Assembly (NCBI GenBank): GCA_017937505.1
Contig: JAGBDL010000162.1
Span: 29 to 64,028, forward strand
Source of the DNA: Clostridia bacterium
Lineage (GTDB): Bacteria; Bacillota; Clostridia; Christensenellales; Aristaeellaceae
Direction of reading: 5' to 3'
DNA: 64,000 nt
Shown: piece by piece, positions 28,893 to 38,409 of the stretch
How the letters are laid out: every line of letters begins with the position of its first letter
Position numbering within the stretch: the stretch's first letter is position 1
Notes under the pieces: model-generated
Databases searched by the model: none
What the model was told of the DNA's origin: nothing
Seen by the model: the letters and a program-made list of their open reading frames with translations, nothing else
Translations under genes and position numbers: made by a program

Positions 28893-31436
28893 ATGATGGC
28901 ACATGTATCTGCACTAAAGCCTATTAGTCCTATGATCTGGGTTACACAGTCAGGTTTTGAGATTATTAATTCTGAGCAGGTTACAATTAGTCGTGTGGGA
29001 GAAAAAGCTTTTGGATTAGCTTCCTTGCCTCCCCAATGGACTCTTCCTTATTTTGTAATCTCGGACAAACTATTTGATGACTATGTCGAAAACCGTGATA
29101 TTGAGAGTGTAGCATCAAAATGGGCTAAAGGAGTAAATGCTGCAGCAGCAAGCTGCACAATATCATCCGACGATCAGATTATTGTGAGATCTAATGCTCA
29201 TTCTGAAGGATTGGCAGAGCGTGGTAAATTTATTTCTGTAGAGGGAACATTTCAAGAGTGGCCTAAATTGGTCAAACAGTGTTTTGATGACTCGTTAGAG
29301 CAGGATGATTCGGGAAATGTCCACATGCCGGTGATTATTCAAAAAAGAGTGACAGCATTGTCTCGTGGACATATTTCAAATGAACGACGTGTAGCCGAGG
29401 AAAATCGTGATTGGAAGGGCGAGATTGAGGGGGCAATTCCAAGGGTATTCTCTGTTTCATTGCGCAGCTGGCGCAAAAAAGTGAAAGTCGATGGTTATAT
29501 TGATTCACCGCTAATGTGCCCTGGAGATAAGGTAATTAGGGATGTATTGTCCATTCCGTGCACATGGGCCACGAATCAACGAATCCGTGTGCATTTCGAG
29601 TGGATATATGACGGTTATTACATTTATCTAGTTCAGGCTGACGAAGAGACAGTGGCTGATGGCATCAATCCAATGAAAGGTGTACATAACACATTGGCTG
29701 CAAAAGAATCTGCTGATACAGGATTTCCTTATTGCGTGCATCCGTTGAAAGCAGAAGATGCAGAGCGATATAAGAAATATGCAAAGATTCAGAATCCGCT
29801 ACTATATCATCGTATAGAACAGCGCACTGCTCCACTTTATATTTTGGACGATGTGGAAACCCTTGAGGCATTGACAAAGAATACAATAACAGCTGGATTA
29901 GAAAAGGATTTACGCATTCTTACATCTCACTCCCTCATTATTCGAACCGATATTGCTACCGACAATAAAGAGGAACGACAACTACTACCGCGAACCAATG
30001 GTATTAAAGATGTAGAAGCAGCTAAGAAGTGGTTATGTGAGAGTTATGCTGAGTTATTGAAACAACCAGGCCAAAAGCCGATTTTTATAATGCATAACTA
30101 CATACCCGCTTTCTCCTCGGCTTTTGCCTATGCGAGTCCAGGCGATAAATTGGTTCGAATAGAAGCATTGTGGGGATTACCTGAAGGCCTGTATTATTAT
30201 AGTCACGATAAACATGTGGTGGATACAAAGCATGCAGATGCCGGAAAAATGGCTCAAAAAGAGTTTGAGGTACAATCGCATCGAAACTACAAGAAATACT
30301 TTGTTTTTCCGATGGAAGACGAGAAATGGGAAGTACAAAGTCTGGCAAATCCCTATGATTGGAGATCTGCTATTCCGAAGGAAGATTGGATAAAAGAAAT
30401 TGCGTATGTTACACGTCGGATTTCTGAAGAAGAAGGAAAAAGTGTCAGTGTAATGTGGTTTGTCGGTGTAGATGATACAACCTACGGATGCAATGTATTT
30501 CCGTGGTATCATGAACCGTTTGAGTATAACGAAGAGCAGACTACGCCACGCAATAAGCTTTCATTCGAAAGGACTCTTGCTATCCACACATTAAAGGACC
30601 TTGAACAATTGGAGAAGCTGGCAACGAAGCCCAATGCAAGTATTAGGAACATTCAGATTCAGCCGACGGATGCCAATATTTTGAGAGATCGGTCTATCAT
30701 TGACAGAATCGGAAATGCTGCGAAAGATCTAGGCGCAAACATTTTACTGGAGGGCGGAATCCTCTCACATGCGTATTACCAGTTGGTTCGTACAGGCGCA
30801 AAGGTTGAAGTTAGACATGCTTTTGAGAAAAAGCAAAGTTTGGAGTTTAACAAGCTAGTAAGAGATAAGATTCCTGAAAAAATACAGTGTAACGGTGAGG
30901 AAGCTGTAACCGCCCAACTAGATAAAAGTATATTGAATCGGCTACTGAAACGTAAATTGGTTGAGGAGGCGTTAGAAGTCCTCGATTCAAAAGAGGAAGA
31001 TAATCTTGTTGTGGAACTTGCAGATATTCTAGAAGTTCTTGACGGAATTCTTGGGCAGCATCAGATTGATATTCAAACAGTCTTACAGCAAAAGCAAAAG
31101 AAGCGTGAAAAAGTGGGTGGATTCGAAAAGGGTGTCTATCTGAAAACGACCTCCAGCCGTGCTATCTCAAGTAAAGGAAAAATTGTTATTGATAGCAACC
31201 CTGTAGACACAAAGCAAAAGGTGTCAAAGTCAACGGATCTGCGCAAGTATTCGACTGCTAATGAATCTTTAACACGAATCAAAGTTCCCGTCACTTTGGA
31301 TAAATGGGAAATTCGTCCAAGTGTCAGAGCAAAGAATATTGATATCGTTCTTAGAGGTGAACGTAAACAAGGAATTTGGCAAATTGAAATCTCTGTTTTC
31401 GAAAAAGCAGAGCAAATGTCGTTCTTCGACATGTAA
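28893..31436 (+). CDS. large fusion protein: PEP/pyruvate-binding (PPDK_N-like) ATP-grasp region + MazG-like all-alpha NTP pyrophosphohydrolase + unknown C-terminal domain
   Basis: ATP-grasp-like motifs VGEKAFGLASL...PYFVIS, IIVRSNAHSEGLAERGKF, MPVIIQKRV, EALWGLPEGLYYY. MazG-like block FNKLVRDKIPEKI...LVEEALEVL...VELADILEVLDGI (ExxE...ExxD). The start lies 8 nt after the TM gene stop. Confidence 0.65.
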   Translation: MMAHVSALKPISPMIWVTQSGFEIINSEQVTISRVGEKAFGLASLPPQWTLPYFVISDKLFDDYVENRDIESVASKWAKGVNAAAASCTISSDDQIIVRSNAHSEGLAERGKFISVEGTFQEWPKLVKQCFDDSLEQDDSGNVHMPVIIQKRVTALSRGHISNERRVAEENRDWKGEIEGAIPRVFSVSLRSWRKKVKVDGYIDSPLMCPGDKVIRDVLSIPCTWATNQRIRVHFEWIYDGYYIYLVQADEETVADGINPMKGVHNTLAAKESADTGFPYCVHPLKAEDAERYKKYAKIQNPLLYHRIEQRTAPLYILDDVETLEALTKNTITAGLEKDLRILTSHSLIIRTDIATDNKEERQLLPRTNGIKDVEAAKKWLCESYAELLKQPGQKPIFIMHNYIPAFSSAFAYASPGDKLVRIEALWGLPEGLYYYSHDKHVVDTKHADAGKMAQKEFEVQSHRNYKKYFVFPMEDEKWEVQSLANPYDWRSAIPKEDWIKEIAYVTRRISEEEGKSVSVMWFVGVDDTTYGCNVFPWYHEPFEYNEEQTTPRNKLSFERTLAIHTLKDLEQLEKLATKPNASIRNIQIQPTDANILRDRSIIDRIGNAAKDLGANILLEGGILSHAYYQLVRTGAKVEVRHAFEKKQSLEFNKLVRDKIPEKIQCNGEEAVTAQLDKSILNRLLKRKLVEEALEVLDSKEEDNLVVELADILEVLDGILGQHQIDIQTVLQQKQKKREKVGGFEKGVYLKTTSSRAISSKGKIVIDSNPVDTKQKVSKSTDLRKYSTANESLTRIKVPVTLDKWEIRPSVRAKNIDIVLRGERKQGIWQIEISVFEKAEQMSFFDM

Positions 31437-32312
31437 ACTATTGGCTCCTATCAACAAGTGTAAACTTGGTTCGATAGGGGCACTGTAGAATGACTTTTTT
31501 ATACTGGATATATGTCCAATCGCTCTAACAGCAGTAAGCGTCAAACCTACAGGCGGGGAGCAAAATTGGCGCAGAGAGTATCGTTCTCCGCGCCAAACTT
31601 GTTTTCACTGATTCAACTGAACATTCCAGGGTAGCAGCTGCGGTACCGTCAAGTATTATGCGCAAATTCATTTACAAGCCTGGCAGGACTCCGTCTGCAC
31701 AGGGTAGGGGAATCTGCCCTTGATTACCCAATAGCAGAAGGCAGAGTGCGCGTCAAGGGCGGCGAAGCCGCTTGCAAAGCCCTTGACGCGAGTTCTGTTT
31801 TCTGCTATCAACCGGCCATAGCTGAGCTCGATGTGGCGATTTCATCTGGTCCCGAACACGACATAGTTTTTCAAGTTTGCTTGTTTTTCTGGATCCCAGT
31901 TTTTCAAGTACTATGGATAAGTATCGCACGATTAGAGGGAGGCATCAGGGCGCGGAATTATTGAGCGGTTACGATGATCTGCCGAGACTGCTTCTTTTTT
32001 GTATGAATCATCCCGATATTCTATAAAATGCCCTATGCCCGTCAAAGCTCAGGAAGCACGATAGGCGTAGGGCGTCTTTTCATTTTTTGGCACAAGCCCG
32101 GCAGACGAATGGCGCAGGCACTCGTCACAACCGCAGAGCCTGCTCTGCCTTACAGGGGATTGGGGGGCGAGCCTCCAACAAGCAAAGTGCAAATAGTAAA
32201 ACGTTTGCCCTGCTTGCCAATATTATGCCAAATTTGAGATAATAGTCGTTATGTCAAATTGTAAACGCTAATATAAAAGTGAGCCACTTTGTAGCGAAAC
32301 GCTCATGAAAAA

Positions 32313-34604
32313 TTGAGCCACCGGAAACAGCCCACTATAATAGTCTCAGACTATATAGGGGGGCGAACAAAGGTGGTTATTACAGTGGAGATTTACAAAC
32401 AGATTCGCAAGATGCGGCTGGACGGCATGAGTCAGAGGCAGATCGCAGCAACGCTCCACATCTCCTGCAATACTGTCAAGAAATACTGGGACGGTAACAG
32501 CGTCCCCTGGGAGAGGAAGGACTACTCCAGGGACGCCTCCGTACTTACTGAGGATGTGGTAGCATTTGTCAGACAGTGTCTGGATGAGGATAGCCAGTGT
32601 AGATCCAAGAAGCAGCATCACACCGCCAAACGTATCTACGACCGGCTGGTAGCCGAATGCGGCTTCACCGGCGGCGAGACAACCGTCCGGCGACTGTTGA
32701 AAGAACTTCGCGAGAAGAGCCAGGCGACATTTGTTCCGCTTATCTTTCCGGCAGGAGATGCCCTGCAGATTGACTGGGGTGAGGTATCCGTCTACTTGAG
32801 TGGCGTCAAAACTACCGTCAACCTCTTCTGCGCGCGACTGTGCTACAGAGGTGCTCCCATGGCTCTGGCATACCGCAGACAGAATGAGGAGAGCTTCCTG
32901 GATGCGCTGGTTCAGGTATTTCAATATTTCGGCGGAGTCCCCAAACGGGTCATCTTTGACAACGGCAAGGTCGCCGTCAAGGACGGCTTCGGCGCCCACG
33001 CCCGGAAGCAGGCGGGTTATGCTGCTCTGGCCGCTCACTACGGTTTTGAAGCGGTATTCTGCAATCCGACTTCCGGCAACGAAAAGGGTTTGGTAGAAGG
33101 TCTGGTGGGCTATATTCGCCGCAATGTCTGCGTTCCGGTTCCCAAAGTGGAAACCATGGAAGATCTGAACCGGATGCTCCTGGAAAAGTGCCTGAACTAC
33201 CTGTCCCACCAAGTTCGCGGCAAAGAATCCTCTGTGGGTGAGATGCTCAAAAAGGAGCGAGAAAAGCTGTACCCTCTGCCCGGCTATCCCTTTGACCCAT
33301 GTAAGCGCGCCACCGGCCGGGTGGACAGGTTCTGTACTGTCCGCTTTGATACGAATAACTACTCTGTTCCTGCTGTGTACTGCGGAAGAGAGGTATCTCT
33401 TAAAGCCGGTCCCGAAACGGTCACCATCTATTTTGAGGGGCAGTGTATTGCCCAGCACCGGCGGTGTCTGGATAGAAAACAGAACATCTACAAGCTGGAA
33501 CATTACCTTCCCTTGCTGGAGAAGAAAGGCAGAGCTATCTTCTACGCCAGACCGGTACAGGAAACCCTGCCTGACTACTTCCTGAATTGGCTGCAGAAGC
33601 AGGATTTGTCCCCAAAAGAACTGGTTGAGATTCTGATCCGTTGTCGGGAGGAAGACTGCGATGTCATTATGACCGAGGCACCCCAACACGCCGCTCCTGT
33701 CCAAATTGAGGATACTGTTGTCGTGCAAGCAGTAGACCTGCATACCTTCTGCGCACATGAACATCCTGAATGCAGCGAACTGACAGAGTGGTTGATTCTC
33801 GAATGGCTGAGACCGGTCATGAAGAAGGAACCCGCTGTCATTCACCAGCACATCTGCTTTATGAACGGATTTGCCCGGTATCTGAACAATGTGGGAAAAC
33901 CGGCATTCATGATGCACAACAGGTTCGCCTGCGGCCGGACACTATTCGTTCCTTATATCTTCTCGGACGATGATTTGACTCGCCTCTTTCATGTCATTGA
34001 CACAAACGGAAAGCATGGAAACCCGTTTCAGCGGATTCAGTTCAGCGTGTATTACAGGCTGATCTACACATGTGGATTGCGCCCAAACGAAGGACGCACG
34101 CTCAGAAAAAAGCATGTGGATCTCCATGCCGGCGAGATTGTCATTGAATGCTCCAAAGAACGCAGAAGCAGAATCGTCGTGATGTCGGATGACATGAGGG
34201 CGCTGGCAGCCAGATACAGCAGCCTGCTGAACGCATGCTTTCCGGATACGGAATTCTTTTTCCCCTCAAAGCATGGCCGGGAGTATCCGGCGACTTTCTT
34301 CCAGACAAACCTTGTCCGCTTCTTTGCCGAGGCCAATCCTGCCATTCCTGCAGACTTCCTGCCTCGTGTGCGCGTCTATGATCTTCGTCACCGCTTTGCC
34401 ACAGCAGCCATTCACCGCTGGCTTGAGCAGGGAAAGCCGGTTGATACCATGCTGCCTTATCTCCAGATGTACATGGGGCACGCAAGGCTTTCTTCTACCG
34501 CGTACTATATCCATCTTTTGCCGGAGCATCTGGTCAAAGCAAGCGGCATGAACTGGGAAGAAATTGGTGACATCCTTCCGGGGGTAGAGCTATGGCAAGA
34601 CTGA
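32313..34604 (+). CDS. chimeric ORF: IS21 IstA transposase (about aa 1-487) fused in frame to the C-terminal catalytic part of a tyrosine recombinase
   Basis: IstA part: VEIYKQIRKMRLDGMSQRQIA (HTH), IDWGEV, FDNGK...NEKGLVE (DDE). After ...VQAVDLHTF come recombinase motifs: GLRPNEGRTL, VYDLRHRFAT, MGHARLSSTAYYIHL. Confidence 0.7.
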   Translation: MSHRKQPTIIVSDYIGGRTKVVITVEIYKQIRKMRLDGMSQRQIAATLHISCNTVKKYWDGNSVPWERKDYSRDASVLTEDVVAFVRQCLDEDSQCRSKKQHHTAKRIYDRLVAECGFTGGETTVRRLLKELREKSQATFVPLIFPAGDALQIDWGEVSVYLSGVKTTVNLFCARLCYRGAPMALAYRRQNEESFLDALVQVFQYFGGVPKRVIFDNGKVAVKDGFGAHARKQAGYAALAAHYGFEAVFCNPTSGNEKGLVEGLVGYIRRNVCVPVPKVETMEDLNRMLLEKCLNYLSHQVRGKESSVGEMLKKEREKLYPLPGYPFDPCKRATGRVDRFCTVRFDTNNYSVPAVYCGREVSLKAGPETVTIYFEGQCIAQHRRCLDRKQNIYKLEHYLPLLEKKGRAIFYARPVQETLPDYFLNWLQKQDLSPKELVEILIRCREEDCDVIMTEAPQHAAPVQIEDTVVVQAVDLHTFCAHEHPECSELTEWLILEWLRPVMKKEPAVIHQHICFMNGFARYLNNVGKPAFMMHNRFACGRTLFVPYIFSDDDLTRLFHVIDTNGKHGNPFQRIQFSVYYRLIYTCGLRPNEGRTLRKKHVDLHAGEIVIECSKERRSRIVVMSDDMRALAARYSSLLNACFPDTEFFFPSKHGREYPATFFQTNLVRFFAEANPAIPADFLPRVRVYDLRHRFATAAIHRWLEQGKPVDTMLPYLQMYMGHARLSSTAYYIHLLPEHLVKASGMNWEEIGDILPGVELWQD

Positions 34605-35662
34605 AGAAGCCGGTGGACGAACGCCTGTTCATGCTGATTAAGAACTGGCTTGGCGTATATCTTCCGACAGAGCGCAAGGCCAGTCCATGCACCATTGCAA
34701 ATTACAGACAGGCGCTGAACCAGTTCCTCACCTATCTGGCAGATAGGAACGGAACAAAACTGGCTGCTGTCACATTTGATATGATGAATGCGGATTCGCT
34801 CAATGATTATCTGAATCATCTGCAAACAGAGCAAAACTGCACTCGTGCCACAAGAAACAACCGGCTTGCCGCCTTGCGGGCATTCATTTCCTACGCTTCG
34901 GCCTGCAGTCCGGAATACGTTGCAACAGCGTTGGATGTAGCCAGAATCAAGACACAGAAGGATGATCCGTTTTCCAAGGTGGAATACCTGACTGAAAACG
35001 CAGCCAGGGCCATCCTTGCAGCACCCGATGTGTCCACTGCCAAAGGCCGCAGAGACCAGACCATGCTCACCGTCCTGTATGACACCGGCGCCCGGATTAG
35101 CGAGCTGCTGGAGCTGCATCTTTCTGATCTGCGGCTCAGCACAACAACTCCGACTGCAACACTTCTCGGCAAAGGCGGTGTCGTCCGCACGGTTCCTCTG
35201 GCAAAAGAAACCGTGTCCATGCTGTACAGGTACCTGGCGGAGTTTCACCCGGATGAGCTGTTGACATCCTGCGCGCTGCTGTTCTTTACCAGCCACAGGA
35301 ACGGCCGGCAGAAGATGTGCGCGCAAACCGTGCGGGCATGGATGGACAAATACAGAGAGTCTGCCCGGTTGAAATGCCCGGAAGTGCCGGAACATATTCA
35401 TCCTCATATGTGGCGGCATACCCGGGCGATGCATCTGTACCAGCATGGCATGCCGCTGGAACTTGTAGCACAGTGGCTTGGTCACAGGAATCCAACCACA
35501 ACGCTCGTTTATGCTTATGCGGATACAGAGCACAAGCGCAAGGCCATTGAAAAGGCCATGGAACACAGCCAGGTGACAACGGGATTATCCGCCGGTTCCA
35601 GGCAGCCGGCATACCAGATTACCGATGAGGAGCTGCTGAAGCGTCTGTATGGGCTTGATTAA
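34592..35662 (+). CDS. tyrosine recombinase/integrase (XerD-like)
   Basis: N-terminal SAM-like domain (ANYRQALNQFLTYL), GARISELLEL, HPHMWRHTRAMHL, LGHRNPTTTLVYAY. Overlaps the upstream ORF by 13 nt. Confidence 0.85.
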   Translation: MARLKKPVDERLFMLIKNWLGVYLPTERKASPCTIANYRQALNQFLTYLADRNGTKLAAVTFDMMNADSLNDYLNHLQTEQNCTRATRNNRLAALRAFISYASACSPEYVATALDVARIKTQKDDPFSKVEYLTENAARAILAAPDVSTAKGRRDQTMLTVLYDTGARISELLELHLSDLRLSTTTPTATLLGKGGVVRTVPLAKETVSMLYRYLAEFHPDELLTSCALLFFTSHRNGRQKMCAQTVRAWMDKYRESARLKCPEVPEHIHPHMWRHTRAMHLYQHGMPLELVAQWLGHRNPTTTLVYAYADTEHKRKAIEKAMEHSQVTTGLSAGSRQPAYQITDEELLKRLYGLD

Positions 35663-35904
35663 CCGGCAAATTATTATCTCAAATTCCGCCCTGCTCGCGC
35701 CTGTTGCGGCAGGGCAATCCTCTTTCCGGTACAAAATATTATGTCAAATTGTTTTGGCACAAAGCCTTGTAGCAGCTAAGTTTCTGGATGATTTTTGAGA
35801 TAATAAATTATTTGCGATAACCAATGTTATCTCAAATCAAAACGCCACAATGCGTTTGACCAACATGGCTGTTTATCTCAATATCGGAGAGCTTTGTGTC
35901 CGAT

Positions 35905-36561
35905 TTACCGGTGCAATTGCTCAAGAAATGTGATGGCTTCATTCACGGTAGAAAAGGTTTTGCATTGCTTACACAGCCATTGGTTTCTTTCATCTGTGTC
36001 TTCCAGTCCGGGCAGACCATCCGAAAGAAGGTTACACAGTATCTTTTCTGCATGTTCCACTGCGATAGGATAACGCTCCGCTATGCGTGCAGTTGCTTCA
36101 TAATCTCCTTTGACATAGGAGGCTTCTCTTGCAACAACCTCTGCAAGTATTCTCTCCTTGTCTGCAACCTCCAGCACCGGCGGCGAAAACATTTTGTAGT
36201 GGAGCATCAGCCAATACTCGATACAACCTGTGGTCATGAGCAGGCGAACTCTGATATTCGGATTCCTTCTGAGCCTTCGAAGCCTCTTGATCATCGCCAG
36301 CCGCTGCTCCCATTTCCCGATGTCCTTTGTCTCCACATCAAAGAAAAACCATATCTCATCTGTGACCTCTGCGTAATCCCGGAACTTTGGATCTTTCTGA
36401 AAGCGCCTGTCCGCTTCTTCAAACAATCCGGTTGCAGATGGACGCTTTATGACGGCAACATTTGCAAACCTCTGCTTCAAAAAGTCGGTATATGCCTGCT
36501 CGCTCTCTCCTTCACAGAAGACAAAGATCAGCGGCTTGGCGTGTTTGATCCGGCGGGGCAT
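35905..36561 (-). CDS. RloB-like protein (AbiLii-like)
   Basis: PLIFVFCEGESEQAYTDFL and EIWFFFDVE match the RloB/Toprim-like pattern. Its start overlaps the stop of the upstream ATPase gene. Confidence 0.75.
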   Translation of the reverse strand: MPRRIKHAKPLIFVFCEGESEQAYTDFLKQRFANVAVIKRPSATGLFEEADRRFQKDPKFRDYAEVTDEIWFFFDVETKDIGKWEQRLAMIKRLRRLRRNPNIRVRLLMTTGCIEYWLMLHYKMFSPPVLEVADKERILAEVVAREASYVKGDYEATARIAERYPIAVEHAEKILCNLLSDGLPGLEDTDERNQWLCKQCKTFSTVNEAITFLEQLHR

Positions 36562-37859
36562 TATTCCACCTCCTCAATTTCAATGTTGGGGGTGGCACCG
36601 TATTTACCAAGCAGATAGCCTTTCCGAATATTCTCAGTTGTCCGAGTTGAAAAGTCGCTGATGCTGTACAATTCAGACGCGCCGTCTTCCTGATCCTTAT
36701 CTACAAAATACAGCTGGTCTTTTCGGAGCAGTTCCATGTTCAGCAGCTCCGTGTTATGCGTGGTGAAAATCATCTGCGCACCGAATGGATTTGTTCTTTT
36801 GCTTTGGAACTTCGATACAATGAAGCTTACCAGCAGAGGATGAAGTTCCCGCTCAATCTCATCCACCAGCAAAACGCCGCCATTGGCCAATACAGACTCA
36901 ATCGCCGGTGCTATTGACATGAGTTTTCTGGTGCCGTCAGATTCGTCTTCCAGCTCAAGCGAATAGAGCTGTCTGCTTCCATCCTGATTCCGGCCTTTAT
37001 GCTTGGAAGTCGCCTTGACCTCGCCCATCTTGAGATGAACCTCGGAGTTATTGGATGTTTCGGAAAGCGCCTGCCTAAACTGCATCAATGCAGCCCTGAC
37101 CCCTTCGGGGATTTCATCCGGAAAGGCGGTGCTATCCTGAATTTCCTGGCTGTTGATTTCAAACTGCATTTCCTCAATACCCAGATCAGCAGCCTTGGCA
37201 TAATCGGAAATGGCTTTCAGCATGTTGGTATCGCTGGAGTAGTCAAGAAGCTGACGCGGGATATCGGAATAGTCCCTGGAGAAGAACACCTTTTCTCTGA
37301 ACCATCTCATCGCGCGGGAACAATCTGCATCATTCATGGTGCAGGCAACGGAGAAGAATAGCTGGTTTTCAGCAACAGCTCCCTTGATGAGCTCCCGTCT
37401 CGCTTTATCCTTGCTGAACTCAAAATCCTGTCCTGACCTTGAGAACACCAATGCTTTCTGTCCCTTGGGCGCATGGTACAGTGACTCTGCAAATACTTTT
37501 TCCCTGGTTGCAGAAAAAGAGTACCAGTATCTGACGTCGTCCAGTGTATAGTAGAATTCAAATTCAGTAGGCTCTGACGCCGAATAGTCATTGAGGGCAA
37601 AGGGAACGACAGGAATAGCAGCCTTTTCGTGCTGCGTCCGCTGCGCGTTTCTGATGAATTGAACTGCGAGCCAGAACGCCCGTATCACATTGCTCTTGCC
37701 GCCGCCGTTCTTGCCAAAAATCGCAGCCCCCGGCAGAAGAGTGATGCTATGAAATGGAATGAGAATGCTCTTTAAGGCTCCCAGACCTGTTGCTTCCATG
37801 GAGAGAACGGCATCATCTCGAAACGATCTGTAATTCCTGAAGCGAAATTCGATGAGCAT
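36561..37859 (-). CDS. AAA_21-type ABC-like ATPase (AbiLi/RloA-like)
   Basis: MLIEFRFRNYRSF, GKNGGGKSNVIRAF (Walker A), LLVDEIERELHP (Walker B), IFTTHN. ATG 37859 is preceded by ggaggtg. Confidence 0.8.
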   Translation of the reverse strand: MLIEFRFRNYRSFRDDAVLSMEATGLGALKSILIPFHSITLLPGAAIFGKNGGGKSNVIRAFWLAVQFIRNAQRTQHEKAAIPVVPFALNDYSASEPTEFEFYYTLDDVRYWYSFSATREKVFAESLYHAPKGQKALVFSRSGQDFEFSKDKARRELIKGAVAENQLFFSVACTMNDADCSRAMRWFREKVFFSRDYSDIPRQLLDYSSDTNMLKAISDYAKAADLGIEEMQFEINSQEIQDSTAFPDEIPEGVRAALMQFRQALSETSNNSEVHLKMGEVKATSKHKGRNQDGSRQLYSLELEDESDGTRKLMSIAPAIESVLANGGVLLVDEIERELHPLLVSFIVSKFQSKRTNPFGAQMIFTTHNTELLNMELLRKDQLYFVDKDQEDGASELYSISDFSTRTTENIRKGYLLGKYGATPNIEIEEVE

Positions 37860-38109
37860 AGAAACACCTCCGCTACCAGTATAATCACTGGTCGAGAAAA
37901 ATACAATTGGAAAAATCAAAAAAATTGATAATTCTTCTTCGATTTTATCCGAATCCATGCGGGCCTGAGTCTTTATTTGATTTCAATGTAGTTTTCCCGA
38001 AACACTCATATAGCGAATTGGTGAATTCTGTGTTGCGGAGAAGCATCCTTGCATTTCTCGTGGGCTTGGGTCACAATAGAAGCAGACAATTCGAGCAGGA
38101 GGGATTCTT

Positions 38110-38409
38110 ATGACGATCAAGAAGGTGCTGAATGTGTTCAGCGGATACTTGAAGCGGGATACTGCCGTTGAGGTGGTGGAAACGACCAGAGGCCATGTTG
38201 TGATGATCTGGGACAGTCGGATGAAGGATTGGAGCGATGTCTATCACTGCCCCACCGCCGAAGAGTTGATGAACACGCTGCTCTTCTGCAAGGAGGTTTT
38301 CGACGAGTATTGTTTTACCCATGGCGAACGTGATCTAATGGACGATGAACGGGTGCAGATAACGCAAATGCGGCAGGAGATGCAGCGCCTGTGCGAGACG
38401 GGCGAATGA
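38110..38409 (+). CDS. hypothetical protein
   Basis: 99-aa ORF with RBS gcaggaggg upstream. No recognisable motif. Confidence 0.45.
   Translation: MTIKKVLNVFSGYLKRDTAVEVVETTRGHVVMIWDSRMKDWSDVYHCPTAEELMNTLLFCKEVFDEYCFTHGERDLMDDERVQITQMRQEMQRLCETGE

Larger units (their letters stand above)
32223..35885. mobile_element. IS21-family derivative whose istA 3' end/istB are replaced by two tyrosine recombinase genes
   Basis: Left end has TTATGYCAAATT twice (32223-32235, 32249-32261) plus ttgagataata (32234-32244). Right end has three TTATCTCAA copies (35674, 35827, 35873), ttatgtcaaattgt (35739-35752) and ttgagataata (35795-35805). Confidence 0.6.

Noticed and set aside
31437-32222. 790-bp gap after the large fusion gene, with moderate GC, a 12-bp-stem hairpin (31749-31790) and short ORFs (31746-31964, 32028-32237)
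   Set aside because: The ORFs lack RBSs and motifs. The region probably holds decayed gene fragments or repeat debris adjoining the IS21 left end, and no specific feature is supportable.
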